Shown: positions 42,585 to 54,888 of the stretch, piece after piece | Layout of the letters: every line of letters starts with the position of its first letter | Position numbering within the stretch: position 1 is the first letter of the stretch | Source: Vicugna vicugna | Lineage: Eukaryota | Direction: 5' to 3' | Assembly (NCBI GenBank): GCA_013265495.1 | Contig: MU062019.1 | Span: forward strand, 372,001-436,000 | Length of the DNA: 64,000 nucleotides | Made by a program: the position numbers and the translations under genes | The notes under the pieces: generated by a model | The model's input: the letters and a program-made list of their open reading frames with translations, nothing else | What the model was told of the DNA's origin: nothing | The model's database searches: none

Positions 42585-43679
42585 TCAGACATAAATGTAC
42601 AGAAAAGACTTGAGATATTCTTTTAAGCTCTTTAAAAATGAATATGATATTTCAGACGTACAGAGGAGGACAAGGGGGGACGCAAGGATACTCCATGTCC
42701 CCCGCTGGCTGGAGAAACCAGGCACCGGGAACCCCAGGGGCAGCCCTCAGCACTGGGCGCCCCAGAGCGCCTCCGGCCCCGACACAGCACAGACCTGGCC
42801 CTACATGTGCACTCACTTCTGCCTGTTTCTAAGCGTTAAAAATGGCCTCGCTGGCACGTGTTCTTCTACAACTTCGCAGGTCTGTCTTTGCTGACGTCCG
42901 CTCTGCAGGGACCCAGTTTCAGAAGCACAGGCTGGGTAGTTAGCATCCTGATGGCAGACGCTCAGGCTGCCTGCACGCTCCTGGGAGCAGCTTCACCAGC
43001 CTCAGACATGTGTCTTCCTCCACTTCCCAGCAGTCCCCAGATGCCGCCAGAGCAGCCCCCAGGTCACAGCCCTGGCCTGGCACGCCCAGCACTCTGCATC
43101 CATGCTTGCTAGTGTAAGGTTTTTAGTTTTCGCCGACCCAAGGGCATAGAGTGGTTCCAGCCTAGCCGCACAGGGTCCTCAGGAACACAGACAAAGCCAG
43201 TCCCGAGTCTGACTGGCTCGGAGCTGCTGCGCTCCTGGGGGAGGCCCCCCTCCTGCTGTCCCTGCTTCCGCTCTGGCAGGACATCTGGTCTGCACGAGTC
43301 AAAATGCAGAGTGAGGGAGGCCCAGAACATTCCGGAGAGGCTGGAACAGGGCAGGCAGTGCCTGCGAGGGAGTGACTGAAGGACTCGACCCCGTGACACT
43401 GCTGGGGCAACGGCAGACCAACTGCAATGAGCCAGCAGGTCAGGACGTGTGACCACAGAGCCCCCTGCTCAGGACCTGCAGCCACTCTCCAAGGACAAGA
43501 GTCACTTCCCTGAAGCAGGCTCCCCACGACGCCTGGGGCCGTGCACGAGACAGCCTCAGTCACGAGAGAGCACTGGGTGGCCGTCACTTCCATGCTGTCC
43601 GTGCTCACCTCACCTCCCACCTTCACAGGTAATTCTGGATTCTTTATCTTTCTTCACTAAGTAACAGTGCCTCATCTTA

Positions 43680-43775
43680 TCTCATTCCTTTCATTGATGA
43701 AAAATCCAGTATCTAAGTTAAGTACTAAGAGGTTAAGTACTCTCCCCAAGGTTACAGAGCAGGCCTAACTCTGGG
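43680..43775 (-). mobile_element. MIR fragment
   Basis: gaggttaagtactctccccaaggttacagagc. Confidence 0.5.
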
Positions 43776-44360
43776 TCTCTCACCGTCACTTTGTGTCACC
43801 AGTTCTGAGAAGGGCATTTGTCACATTTCAACCTCTCAGGAACTGGACACACTGGACATCGTCTCACTGGCAGCTGCTGACACCTTTCTTAGTAAGACAC
43901 CACGCAAGGTGTGTCCTACAGGAGACAGCACGGGAAATGCGCTGAAGTGGGCAGGGCCCTACGGGGTAAGGACCCATCCGTAGTCCCAGAGCCCCTCCCT
44001 GCCTCCCGTCAACACTGTGTCCCTAACTCGCCTGTGTCAAAGCCCACAGGAGACGAAGGGCAGGAGCCGGGGAGGCAGGCACCCGGAGTGGGGCGAGGCC
44101 ACGAGCGCACCAGAGCAGCTCAGGAGCAGGAGGTGCTGGCGTGAAGTGACATGAAATGAAAGGGGTCTGCGGCAAACGCGGGGGCTGCTGGGTCAGAGCA
44201 AAGCAGCTCCTTGGCCGCGGGACTTTCTGGCACTAAAAATTCAGTACGTGACTTTCTGATGAACAGGCCCGGGAACCTGCTGGCCGTTTATCTCTTTACT
44301 GGTCTAATGTGAATTCCACCCTCGGAACCACTACAGCCAGCGATCCTGGGAAACACTCAC

Positions 44361-44513
44361 CACTCCTTTGGAGAGGTAGTTATTGACAAAGTCCTTCCAC
44401 GTGATCTCCCGCCCCGAGGTCCTGAACAGGAAGTAAAACATGACTCCGCCCCAGAACAGCGCAGTCCAGACAAAGTACATCCTGAACTCCTTGTCGTCCC
44501 ACGGAACATCGCC
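44361..44513 (-). CDS. AFG3L2: AFG3L2 exon 5
   Basis: [51 protein letters not shown]; 153 nt. Confidence 0.94.
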
Positions 44514-44646
44514 CTGCGCAAGGAAGGAGGGTGTCTCTGAGGCCCGAGATGTCGCCCGTGCTCTGTGCCCTGCTGGACACTAAGCCCTCCCACAGCCACG
44601 TGGGCCCCGCCGCCCCGGCCGCCCCAGAGCCTCCAAACTAACGAAC

Positions 44647-44753
44647 CTTCTGGAACCGGGACCACCAGTGGGAGTCATCCTTCCTGCCACCCCGTTTTCC
44701 ACCACCACCAACTCCTCCTCCAGAAGGACGCGGGGCAGCCGCGGGCTTTGAGT
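44647..44753 (-). CDS. AFG3L2: AFG3L2 exon 4
   Basis: [35 protein letters not shown]; 107 nt. Confidence 0.93.
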
Positions 44754-45360
44754 CTGCGTGTAAACAGAGAGCCTATGTGTGCAGCAGCTCAGCAGAACCC
44801 TCGTCTCCAACAACATTCTCACTACGACTTTAATACAAGTCTTCCTGCAGAATACATCGCGGCAGCTGGCTAGTGACTGATGCGCGTCCGGGAGCACAGG
44901 GGAGACACACAGGACCGAGCACCCAGTGGGCAAGCCTGCGCCGCACACACCGCCCAGAACAGCTGCACAGCAGCCCAGTGACTGTCCACACAGCGCTCTG
45001 CCCGCCCCCTGCATGAAGACGCTGTGGCCTCGGTGGCCTATGGGACAACATGCTGCAGGGTTTGTTTTGCTGCAATGTGTGTCTGCGCCCCACCTGAAGG
45101 TACAACGTGTCCCCCCTCCCACCTCACGAAGTGAGCACTGCTGACAGGTTCTCCTGGAAGAAAAACTGATTCTGATCATTGGCAGAAAACAAACAACAAA
45201 CCCACCTTGGCCACATAAAATTCATTTGTAAGAATCTGAAACTTGTTGCTGTTATGGGTCGAACTGTGTCAAGTGTATTTACCAAACATACAGGTAAACA
45301 TGACTAATTACTAATACGACTAACATCGGTCAACCCGTACCATAAGGCGACCTTCAACTA

Positions 45361-45648
<288 letters not shown>

Positions 45649-45685
45649 CTATCCTCAAACTAACATTCATCAGGTTTTGTCAGGC

Positions 45686-45830
45686 TTTTTTTTTTTTAAA
45701 GCACAGTTAGTTGCAGTGTGTCCATCTCTGGTTACAGCGCAGTGTCCCAGGCACGCCTGGACGTACTCATGTTCGTTTTCATATTCTTTTTCATTAAAAG
45801 TTATTACAAGGTATTGTGTATAGTTCCCTC
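45686..45830 (-). mobile_element. LINE-1 3' tail fragment
   Basis: Same family as 20085-20295, with a T-tract at the left end. Confidence 0.6.
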
Positions 45831-46168
45831 ATCAGGTCTTGTGTGTGCATGTTGTTTTTAAAGCATCTGACTCATCACTAAAAAGCATAAGGCTGCTTGT
45901 GCAGGAGTAAACCAAAGTCCAAATCATACAGTTCACAACCCCGAGGGGTTAGAGAAGAAAGCCAGCTGGAAAGCCACTTCCATTCCGCACAAGTGCTGCA
46001 TTCGCGGCGACACGCTGTCAGCCCTGCCGTCAGACAGGAGGCGGGGCGGGTCACACGAGGAGACACGTGAAGAACCAAGTGAAGTGACCCCTCCGCACCT
46101 GCTCCGTAAACACCTGTTGACAGTGAGTCTCTGAAACAAGACCATGGGGGTCACATCTGAGTGTTTAC

Positions 46169-46268
46169 CTTTTGGAGGCCGAGAACAGAATCTCTGATAA
46201 GCAGCAATTACATCTGTCAGAAGAGAATTTCTGCTGGTTCTTGCTTGAGTTGTAGCATATCGATAAAG
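46169..46268 (-). CDS. AFG3L2: AFG3L2 exon 2
   Basis: [33 protein letters not shown]; 100 nt. Confidence 0.94.
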
Positions 46269-47169
46269 CTGCAACACAACATATAAATAAAAGCACGAAG
46301 GTTACATCGAGATAAAGAATTATAAGAAGAGCTTCATCTCCTAGTATGGCAAGGTGGACAGACTGTCTCTCCCTTCAACAGGCGGTTACAGACCAGCACA
46401 GGATGGCCCCTGCAGGGAGGACTACGTTGTCCAGCCCTGTCCGCTCTGTCCAGCAAGAACCACAGACCCAATCCGGAAGACAAGAGCACCTCAGATCACA
46501 CCTAATTACAATTCCCCACCAGCACGCTCACTCGGGCATCATGTACTTAGCCCTGCAAACTCCGACACGGGCATCTGCTGTCTCACTTGCAGGGTGTATC
46601 ACAGTGCAAGCTCCTTCTCCCGAAATTACACAACAGTGCTGCCTGCGACCACTAAACTATGTTGATCTCAGTTCAAAGATAAGAAGGTTATGGTCCAACA
46701 TCACTGATATGATCCTTATACTAGTAGCAGATATCTTCAGAAGATATCTGATAGTGTCATTCTGGTGACAACCCCAGTTACGCAAGCCCCATCACAGATA
46801 TATCTCTGCTTTAAATAACATGTTGCTGAAGTTGTTTGTAAATACAGCCCTGATAAATGGGAGTACAATGTAAACAAACTGAACACGTTCTGTATTAAAC
46901 ATTTAGCTGCACAATTAAAAGCAATCAATGGCAAGGTGCTTTGAGGGGATACATCCAAACTTGACAGTAAAAAATTTCAAGTCAGCTTATCCTTTTGCAA
47001 AGTGAAAATTCACCACCATTTTTCACGAGGGCAAGCTCTTGCACACGAACGGGAATGTTTAAAGGGAAGTTCATCTGAATCAGTTTCCATCCTCACTGGC
47101 CTCCTTTATGGTCCAATGAGAAGAATAAAACATCACAAAACCACATAAACCACTTCACATTCACTAGTT

Positions 47170-47775
47170 CAACCATAACCAAAAAGAGAGACAGCAGCCA
47201 GTGTCGGGGAGGACGTGCAGACACTGGAGCCCTGGGTACCGCTGGGGCAACGCGCCCTGGTGCAGCCGCTATGGGGAAGCCTGGCATTCTCATGACCCAG
47301 CAAGTCCACTCCTACCCAACAAAATGGAAAACCTATGTCCACCCAAAACTTTGTACGGGAATGTTCACAGCAGCCAGAAAGTGGAAACAGCCCAAATGTC
47401 CACCAACTGAGGAACAGACAAAATGTGGTATACGCACACCATGGAACACTCAGCCGTAACAAAGGGACGGAGCACTGACACGGGCTACCATGAAACCTTG
47501 ACGACATTATTTTAAGTCAAAGAAACCAGACACAAAAGTTCACATATGATTTCGTTTATGTGAAATGTCCAAAGTACTAAATCAATAGAGACTGTACGTG
47601 AGTAGGTGCCTGAGGCTGGGGAATGGTTGGGGAGAAGTGGGGAGGGACTTACTTTCGGGTGATGAAAATGTTCTGGAATTAGAAAGTGGTAATGGCTGCA
47701 CAACCTTATGACTACACTAAAAACCACGGAAAAGGGCATTTTAAAACAATGGATTTTATGATATCTGAATTAAAA
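47170..47775 (+). mobile_element. LINE-1 (L1MB-like) 3' fragment
   Basis: aaagtggaaacagcccaaatgtccaccaactg...gtgatgaaaatgttctggaattag...gatatctgaatt. Confidence 0.8.
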
Positions 47776-49479
47776 TGCCAATTAAAATGATAAGCTGATT
47801 TAACTTCAAACGAATACACAGCAAAATAGGACAGAAACACTGACACTGTTCTTGGTTGACAGCAAGTGCAGGTCTGAGAGAATTCGGAGCTTCTGCTGCT
47901 AGGCCCTTTCTGGCAGGCAGCTGGGACTCCTGCCTATGAATAACTGCTGATAATGGGTAAGAGTGTGTCATAAGTGATTACATATTCTCCAGTGCCAAAT
48001 CCACGAAGGGTGTGGACTACAACAACCTGTTATCCCAGCTGGACAGACAAGTTAGAGTATCTGCTCCTGGTCAAAGGCTGCCAAGCGGGGGGTGGGGGGA
48101 GTGGGGGTGGTCCCTGGGGGACCAGAACCACTACGGCCCCTAGAGAACTCAGGAGAGTGAGGAAGAGGGTCCTGGGGACAAATCAATCACAGGATGGCAC
48201 CCTCCGTGCAATACAAACATGTTAGTGTAAGGACAGAGGGGGTGCAGAGAAGCAGGTACGTGTTTGAGGGACCAGGGATGTTGCAAGGGAAGTGATGCCT
48301 AGCCTGGGACCTGCAGGACCTACGGTTTACCAGGCAAACAGTGTCAGAACTTCCCATTTTGGTAAAGCTGGAAATGTGTACTTTTTGCACAATGATCTTT
48401 GACTTATCTCCCAAGACTGGAAGCCTCAGAGTCACACACCTGCAGTGGGAGAAGAAAACCAGCTCCCAGGGATACTACCGGGGGATCAAATGTAAGTGAA
48501 TTCAAAAGCACTTTAAAAATGCTGCGGCCATTTAAACAACCATTCCCAATTATTCTGACAGCTATCTGAGAGCAAGGGTTCTTTGTATCAGCACATAAAG
48601 CAAGTCTGCGTGTGACAATACAGAACAGAGCTGGGTACAAGGTACGTACTCTGTAAACACTTCTTTTTGTTTCACTACTTCCAGTTTGTGGACTAACAGG
48701 CCCCCTTTAGGCTTAGAACACCCGCAGCAACAATCCCTGTGACTGCAGGGATGCTGACGCTGTTGTCTGCAGGAGAACCATCAATGAACTTTTTTCCCTC
48801 TGCTTATCCAACCCAAGCCCATTCAAAGAAAAAACACATATAAAACATACCAATTTGCAAAGTTTAAGTTTAGAGCACCTCATTTTAGAGGGCTAGCTGT
48901 TAACCCGACAACGTGAGTACTTTTCACTTGCTTTATCATCCGGTTAGTCCTCTTGAGGGTTATACCTGAGAATGGACACATAACACATCAAACTCTTTCC
49001 CCCAGGAACCTCACTGTTACAAGAGGCTTTTAACAGCAGCACAGATCGAGAGGAATATCTGTCCTTTCAGAGTCCCTTGCAGGTGGCACAGTAATGCCCC
49101 GGTGTCCCCACGGAGACCTTCAGGGCAGTGCCAGGGAGTAAGTGTCACGGACCCCCAAACAAGCTGCTGGTCCTTGCACCTCTCAGCGTCGATGATTTCA
49201 TAGGAACTGCGGTGCTGCTCGGATGAAGGGCTTAGGCAAGACTCCTGGCCAAAAATTAAAAAAACCCAAAACAAAAAAACTCACAAACTCGCAAAGCAGA
49301 TCCCACCCGCTCGTTCAAAGTCAGAGTCCAACATTCAGAAGGGACAAAAGGTGAGGGATCAGAGCAAGGTAAGACGGGGAAATGGACGCAATGAAGAAAG
49401 TGCAGAGGCGTGGTGTAGGGCATTACGGAGCGGGAGACGGACGGAGACATCCAGGCTGCAGCAGGGCTTCGAGGAGCAA

Positions 49480-50460
49480 ACAAACGTCAGGAACGCAGGT
49501 GCTATCACTGCTGACCCCGCGGAGCGGCTGAGACCACTACCTCAAGGCCGGACCAAGGAGGTCCCAGGACTGACGCCCGTGGCTCCGTGTGGCCGGATCC
49601 CCCCGCACCCGCCGCGCGCCTGCAAGGCGCCCCCTCCCGGGGCCCGAGGCCGCCGGCCACATCACCAGACGGCCTTTGGAGCGGACAACGCCCACGAGCC
49701 GCGAGGTGAGGATGTCGGCCGAGCGCCGGCAGCCCCACCCCCAGGGCACGCGGGGCTCGGGCGGAGGGGCGGGTGAAGGCCCGGGGCCCGGGTGCTCCGG
49801 CGCTCGGAGGCCCGTCTCCGTCCGGACGCGCGCTCCAACCTGCCCGACCACGGGCCCCGGGGTCCGACGCCGCGAGCCGGGCCGGTGACCTTGACGCGGC
49901 GCCGGGCCGGAAGCGGGGCGCGCGCGCGCCGGACTCACCGTCCGCATGCAAAGTCGCTCCGCGGGGCCCGCGCGGCCGCCGGAAACGAGCAGCGGGGGCA
50001 GCCCGCGGGGCCGGCAGGCGCCCCGGCCCCACAGCAGCAGGCAGCGGTGCGCCATGGCCGCCGGCGGCCCCCTCGGACCGCGCCGGACGAGCAGGCGGCC
50101 TCGGATCGCCTGGCAGGCTAGAAGCAGCGGCCACGAGACGGCGCGCCCGCGACCCCACGCTCTCCTCGCCCCCGCCACGCCCCGGCGCGCTGACGTCAGC
50201 CGCACAGGGGCGTGTCCTCGCGCGCAGGAACGCGGCTCCGCCTCCGCTGCGTCCTCCCTTGGCCAGGGACAGAGGCGGGGCCTAAGGGGAGGAGCTCAGA
50301 GGCCGAGGGCGAGGCTGGAGGCGGGCCTAGCGGGGGACTTGGAGGCGATGTGGGCGGAGCTGAGGGTGGGGCTAAGGGAGGGGCGGGGCCGGGCGCGTGC
50401 GGCTGCGCTGGAACGGCTGGAGCACGGGAGGGCCTTGCAGAGGTGCTTGAGACCCGACAT
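49480..50460 (-). promoter_or_regulatory. AFG3L2 CpG-island promoter with a CRE and GC boxes
   Basis: CpG-dense; palindrome GCTGACGTCAGC at 50189-50200; GGGCGGGG at 50381; TATA-less. Confidence 0.8.
49939..50055 (-). CDS. AFG3L2: AFG3L2 exon 1
   Basis: [39 protein letters not shown]|gtgagt; 117 nt. Confidence 0.93.
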
Positions 50461-50519
50461 ATGACTCCTTTTCCTCAGCGCGGAGGCCATCTTCCACACT
50501 TTTGGTCTCTCTCGGTAGG

Positions 50520-50660
50520 TCCTTCGTCAAATACTTTATTGAGCGTCCATTCCTTGGCGCCGTCTCTGTGGCAGGCTCCGTCCGTCCTAGGCTCTGGAAG
50601 AGCCGAGAACGAACAGCCCTGATCTCTCAGAGAGCAGTGCAAGTGTCACAACCACGGAGC
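50520..50660 (-). mobile_element. Probable L2 3' end fragment
   Basis: caaatactttattgagcg...ctaggctctgg resembles the L2 tail. Confidence 0.45.
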
Positions 50661-50664
50661 CTAG

Positions 50665-53550
50665 GGAGACAGTGACGCCGTCAGGAGCCCTGCGACGCGG
50701 CGTGCTTACTCATTGACATTGACATCGACAGCTCTGAAGCGGGGAGGGCGTGGCCTGTGACGTAGGGACCCTGGGGAGGAGGGCGTGGCCTTGACGTCAT
50801 GGACCTGGGGACTGGGATGGCGCAGACTGTGACGTCAAGAAGCCTGAGACGAGGCTGGCGCACACAGTGACACCAGCAATTCTGAGACGGGGAGGGCGTG
50901 GCCTGTGAAATCGGGGACTCTGGGAGGATGGAGCGTGGCCAATGACGTCAGGGACCCTGAGACAGGACGGCGCAGACTGTGACGTCAGGAGGCCTGCGAC
51001 TGGACCGGTGTAGAATGACATCAGGAAGCTGGCCATGGAGAAGGAAGACTGTGATGTTGGGAACCCTTTCACAGGGAGGGTGTAGACTGAGATCAGGAAC
51101 ACTGCGATGGGACGGGTGTAGACTGTGACGGGGAGAGTGCAGACTGACGTCAGGAACCCTGCGACTGATGGCCCGGGCTGTGAGGTCAGAAACCCCGGGA
51201 AGCGGAGGGTGAAGACTGTGACCTCGGGAACCCAGCGACAAAGAGGGCGAAGTGTGTGATGTCATGAACCCTGTTATGAGAATGGTGCAGACTGCGACAT
51301 TAGGAACATGTTGTGGGGAAGGCGCACACTGACGCCAGAGACTGCGACTGAGGACGCAGCTGTGACGTCATGAACTCTGATCTGGTGGGTGTAGACTGTG
51401 ACCTCAGGAACTCTGCGACTGAGGGCGCAGGTTGTGACGTACACAACCCTGCGACCAGGTGAGCATAGCCTGTGACGTCATGGACTCAGACGGAGGACGC
51501 AGCTGTGACAACAGGGCCTCTGCGACTGAGGACTCAGGCTGTGACCTCAGGAACCCCGTGACAGTGAGGGCAAAGTGAGTGATGTCACGAACCATGTTAC
51601 GATGAGGGTGTGTGAAGGAAAAGCTGGGCTGGGCCTACTCGTAAATCGAAGTTTAACAAGTGTCGGATTACTGACCTGAGTTTTGCTGGCCTAACTCATA
51701 AATCTGTGTGTTGGTTTGCTCATTCCCTCCTCACGTTTTTTTTTTGCTAGTCAGGTAAATTTTCAGAGAGACATATCTGGCCTTGGAATGTCAGTTTGCT
51801 GCCTCCCTGACTGCTTTTGTGATAATGATGCTGCTCAGGGTGTTCCATGCCTATTGGCGAATACCCCTAGCTTGTAATTAACTCTATAAAACCTCATGCA
51901 CACGTTTTGGAGGTGCTCAGAGCTTCGGAGCAGAAGCCCCTCTGAGCCCAACGGCATAATAAATCTGAGTACTCCAACCTTCCGAGTGGTGCTTGTTTCT
52001 TGGCTGGTCTGTCGTTTCCGTAACAGGTGCAGACTGCGACGTTAGGAACGTGTTGCGGGAGGGCACACACTGAAGTCTATGACTCTCAGAAAACCCGAGA
52101 AGAGAAGGGCCAAGACTGTGACCTGAGGAACCCAGCGACAGGGAGGGCGAAGTGAGTGATGTTGCAAACCCTGTTATGAGGAGGGTGCAGACTGCGAGGT
52201 TAGGAATATATTGCTGGGAGGGCACATACTGTGACATGATGGACTGTGAGACTGAGGACGCAGGTGTGATACCATGGACTCTGCGACTGACGGCGCCTGC
52301 TGTGATGTCATGACCGCGACAGATTGGTCTCAGGATGTGACGTCATGGGCTGTGCGACGGGGCTCAGTTTGTGGCGTACAGAGCCCTGCGACCCAGTGGG
52401 CGCAGGCAATGACGTCATGGAGTCGGCTATTGAGGACGCAGCTGTGACTACAGGGCGTCTGTGACTTAGGACGCAGGCTGTGATGTCAGGGCTTCTGTGA
52501 CTGAAGACGCAGGCTTTGACAGGGAGGGCGACCGAGAGGGCGAAGTGTGTGATGTCATGAACCCTGTTATGAGGAGGGTGCAGAATGCAACAGTTAGGAA
52601 CATGTTGTGGGGATGGCGCACACTGTGACGTCAGGGGCTCTGCGACTGGGTGGGCAAGGCTATGACGTCATAGAGTCTGCGACTGAGGTCGCAGCTGTGA
52701 CAACAGGGTCTCTGTGACTGAGGACATAGGCTGTGACCTCAGGAACCCAGCGACAGGGAGGATGAAGTGTGTGATGTCACGAACCCTATTATGAGGAGAG
52801 TGCAGACTGCAACGTTAGGAACATGTTGCGGGGAGGGCACACACTCTGGCGTCAAGGACTCTGAGACGTGGTGGGCGCAGGCTATGACATCATGGCATCT
52901 GCGACTGGGTGGGCGCAGGTGTGATGTCAGGTACTGTGCGACTGAGGACGTAGTGGTGATGTCATGGACTCTGCGACTGGGTGGGCGCAGGCTGTGATGT
53001 CAGGGACTCTGCGACTGAGGACGCAGGCTGTGACGTCAAGGACTCTGCGACTGAGGGCTCAGGTTGTGACGTACACAATCTTGAGACCGAGTGGGCGCTG
53101 AATGTGATGTCAGGGACTCTGCGACTGAGGACGCAGGTTGTGGCGTTAGGGATTCTGCGACCGCGTGGGCGCATGCTGTGATGTCAGGGACTCTGCGACT
53201 GAGGATGCAGATGGTGGCGTCATGACTCTGCGACTTAGAGCGCAGGCTGTGACGTACAGAACCCTGTAACCAAGTAGGCGCAGGCTGTGACGTCAGAAAG
53301 CCTAGGACGATAAGGGCTAAGACTGTGACCTCAGGAACCCAGGGACAAGGAGGGCGAAGTGTGTGATGTCACCAACCCTATTATGAGGAGGGTGCAGTCT
53401 GCGACGTTAGGAACTGTTGCAGGGAGGGCGCACACTCTGACGTCAGAGACTCTGCGACTGGGGACGCAGCTGTGACGTCAGGACCCTGGGATGGGAGGAT
53501 GCAGGCTGTGAACTTTGACGGTGAGGGTGTGTAGTGACGTTAGGAACCAG
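50665..53550. repeat. Complex minisatellite of ~35-40-bp subunits rich in TGACGTCA
   Basis: Recurring units like CTGTGACGTCAGGGACTCTGCGACTGAGGACGCAGG; at least 15 perfect TGACGTCA counted by hand. Confidence 0.9.
51611..52025 (+). mobile_element. Solo LTR (class I/ERV1-like), 415 bp, with 4-bp TSD GGTG
   Basis: TGTGAAGG...CCGTAACA termini; GGTG at 51607-51610 and 52026-52029; TATAAA at 51885; AATAAA at 51958; the array unit resumes across the insertion. Confidence 0.88.
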
Positions 53551-54519
53551 GCCCACAGCAGGTAAAACTGTGTGGGGTCAGCCTTGCCTTGAGAGAAACT
53601 TCTGCCCCCAGACATGCTGGGGTAACAGGGCGACTCCTTGTGACCGTATTGCAGAGGGAGGTTGGCTCTGGACCTTGTGTGTTGTGCCTGTGTGGCTGTG
53701 GAGCCTCCTTGTCTGCTTCTGTGGTTACCTCAGTCTGACCAGCGGTATTGACGTCGTGCCGCGGGTTTTGTGAGCAGCTGCGGGTACTACCCCCGCTCAA
53801 CCAGAAGGTCCAGGTCTGGCCTGTGGTCGAGAACGAAATTTGCTAGTGAGGCCAGAGAAGTACAGGGTCCTTGTAAAGCATCCGTCGTATTTTAGGATAA
53901 TTTCTCAAGGTCTGGCGTGAGATTCTGTAGACTGGTTTCATGGTTTATGAAACCTTCCCCTGGGACCCCCAGTCTGAGAGCAACCCCACTCCTGCCAGGC
54001 TGGGTCCTGGTGCCCTTTAAGTCAGGGCCAGGTGACATTACGAATGGTCATACCTGGGCTCCTGGAACTTGGCCGGCCTAGCGTGCATTGCGCACAAAGT
54101 GGGCTTTATCTAAGCAAGGACAGGCCAGAGCCTGTCCCGGGGAAGGGACAGAGGACTTGGGGGTGTTCTGATGAGACAGCTGATTCACTCTTGGGCCGCA
54201 GAAGATCCGGCACCCGGGGTGGGGGGGTGCAGGCGTGGTGCACTTCTGAGGAGCTGAACCACCTCCGAAAGCAGCCAGCCCGAGGCGGAGTGTCCTTGCA
54301 GTGTGGGAAGCGAGGCCCGCCTGCACAGCGGGGCCACTGGGGGATTCGTGCCTAGTGGCTTTTACCTGGCCCCCCCTGCCTTAGGCGGGCCATATGCTAA
54401 ACACCTGGCAGCTGGCGTCTTCCCTCCCCACTGAGCGCACCTCCTGACTGATTCCTGTGCGTATTCAGTGAGTTGGTTCAGAGGGAGTGAACCTGGGGGG
54501 CACATAAATCGAGGGGCGA

Positions 54520-54888
54520 TGGTGTCACCGGAGAGCAAAGTTTTGTCTCATCACAGAAGGAATGCAGAGACGAGACGTGGAGATGAAGAAAGCAGAGCGA
54601 GGGTTTATTGCGATAGCACACTCGGAGTGGTGAGCCACTGCCCTGAGTTACACGGGGTGGAAAATGAACGGGGGGGATATTCACGGGGAGGGAGGGGCCT
54701 GCGGTCGTGTTCCCTGATTTTCATCCCGCTGCACCTTCTGGAGGAAGGGAGGCCAGGAGGGATTTCTGTCCTTGTTTAGTCTGGATCGAACGTATCTCGG
54801 CCTCGGCACATGATGGGCACTTCTCGTTTAGGAGGCTGATCGTGTTAAAATGAGGGCATAATGAGCAAAAGGTTACATTCGGACACCA
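54520..54888 (-). mobile_element. Probable second LTR
   Basis: Terminal inverted repeat TGGTGTC...GACACCA; AATAAA on the minus strand at 54604-54609; flanks GCGA/GAGA (3 of 4 match). Confidence 0.55.

Noticed and set aside
49537-50205. 222-aa ORF extending AFG3L2 50 codons upstream
   Set aside because: It starts at GTG in a CpG island. The conserved MAHRC ATG is at 50055 and the ORF runs through the exon 1 donor into the intron.
50665-53550. Repeat-spacer appearance suggestive of a CRISPR array
   Set aside because: Mammalian context, the intervening sequences are themselves homologous, and there are no cas genes
53550-53830. LTR-end-like sequence after the array
   Set aside because: No convincing termini, TSD, PBS or poly(A) signal could be placed
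54030-54520. Possible env remnants (PDLL and LCAP-like motifs on the minus strand)
   Set aside because: Spacing does not match the LQNRRGLDLL immunosuppressive motif or FYVCP; too weak to call by eye
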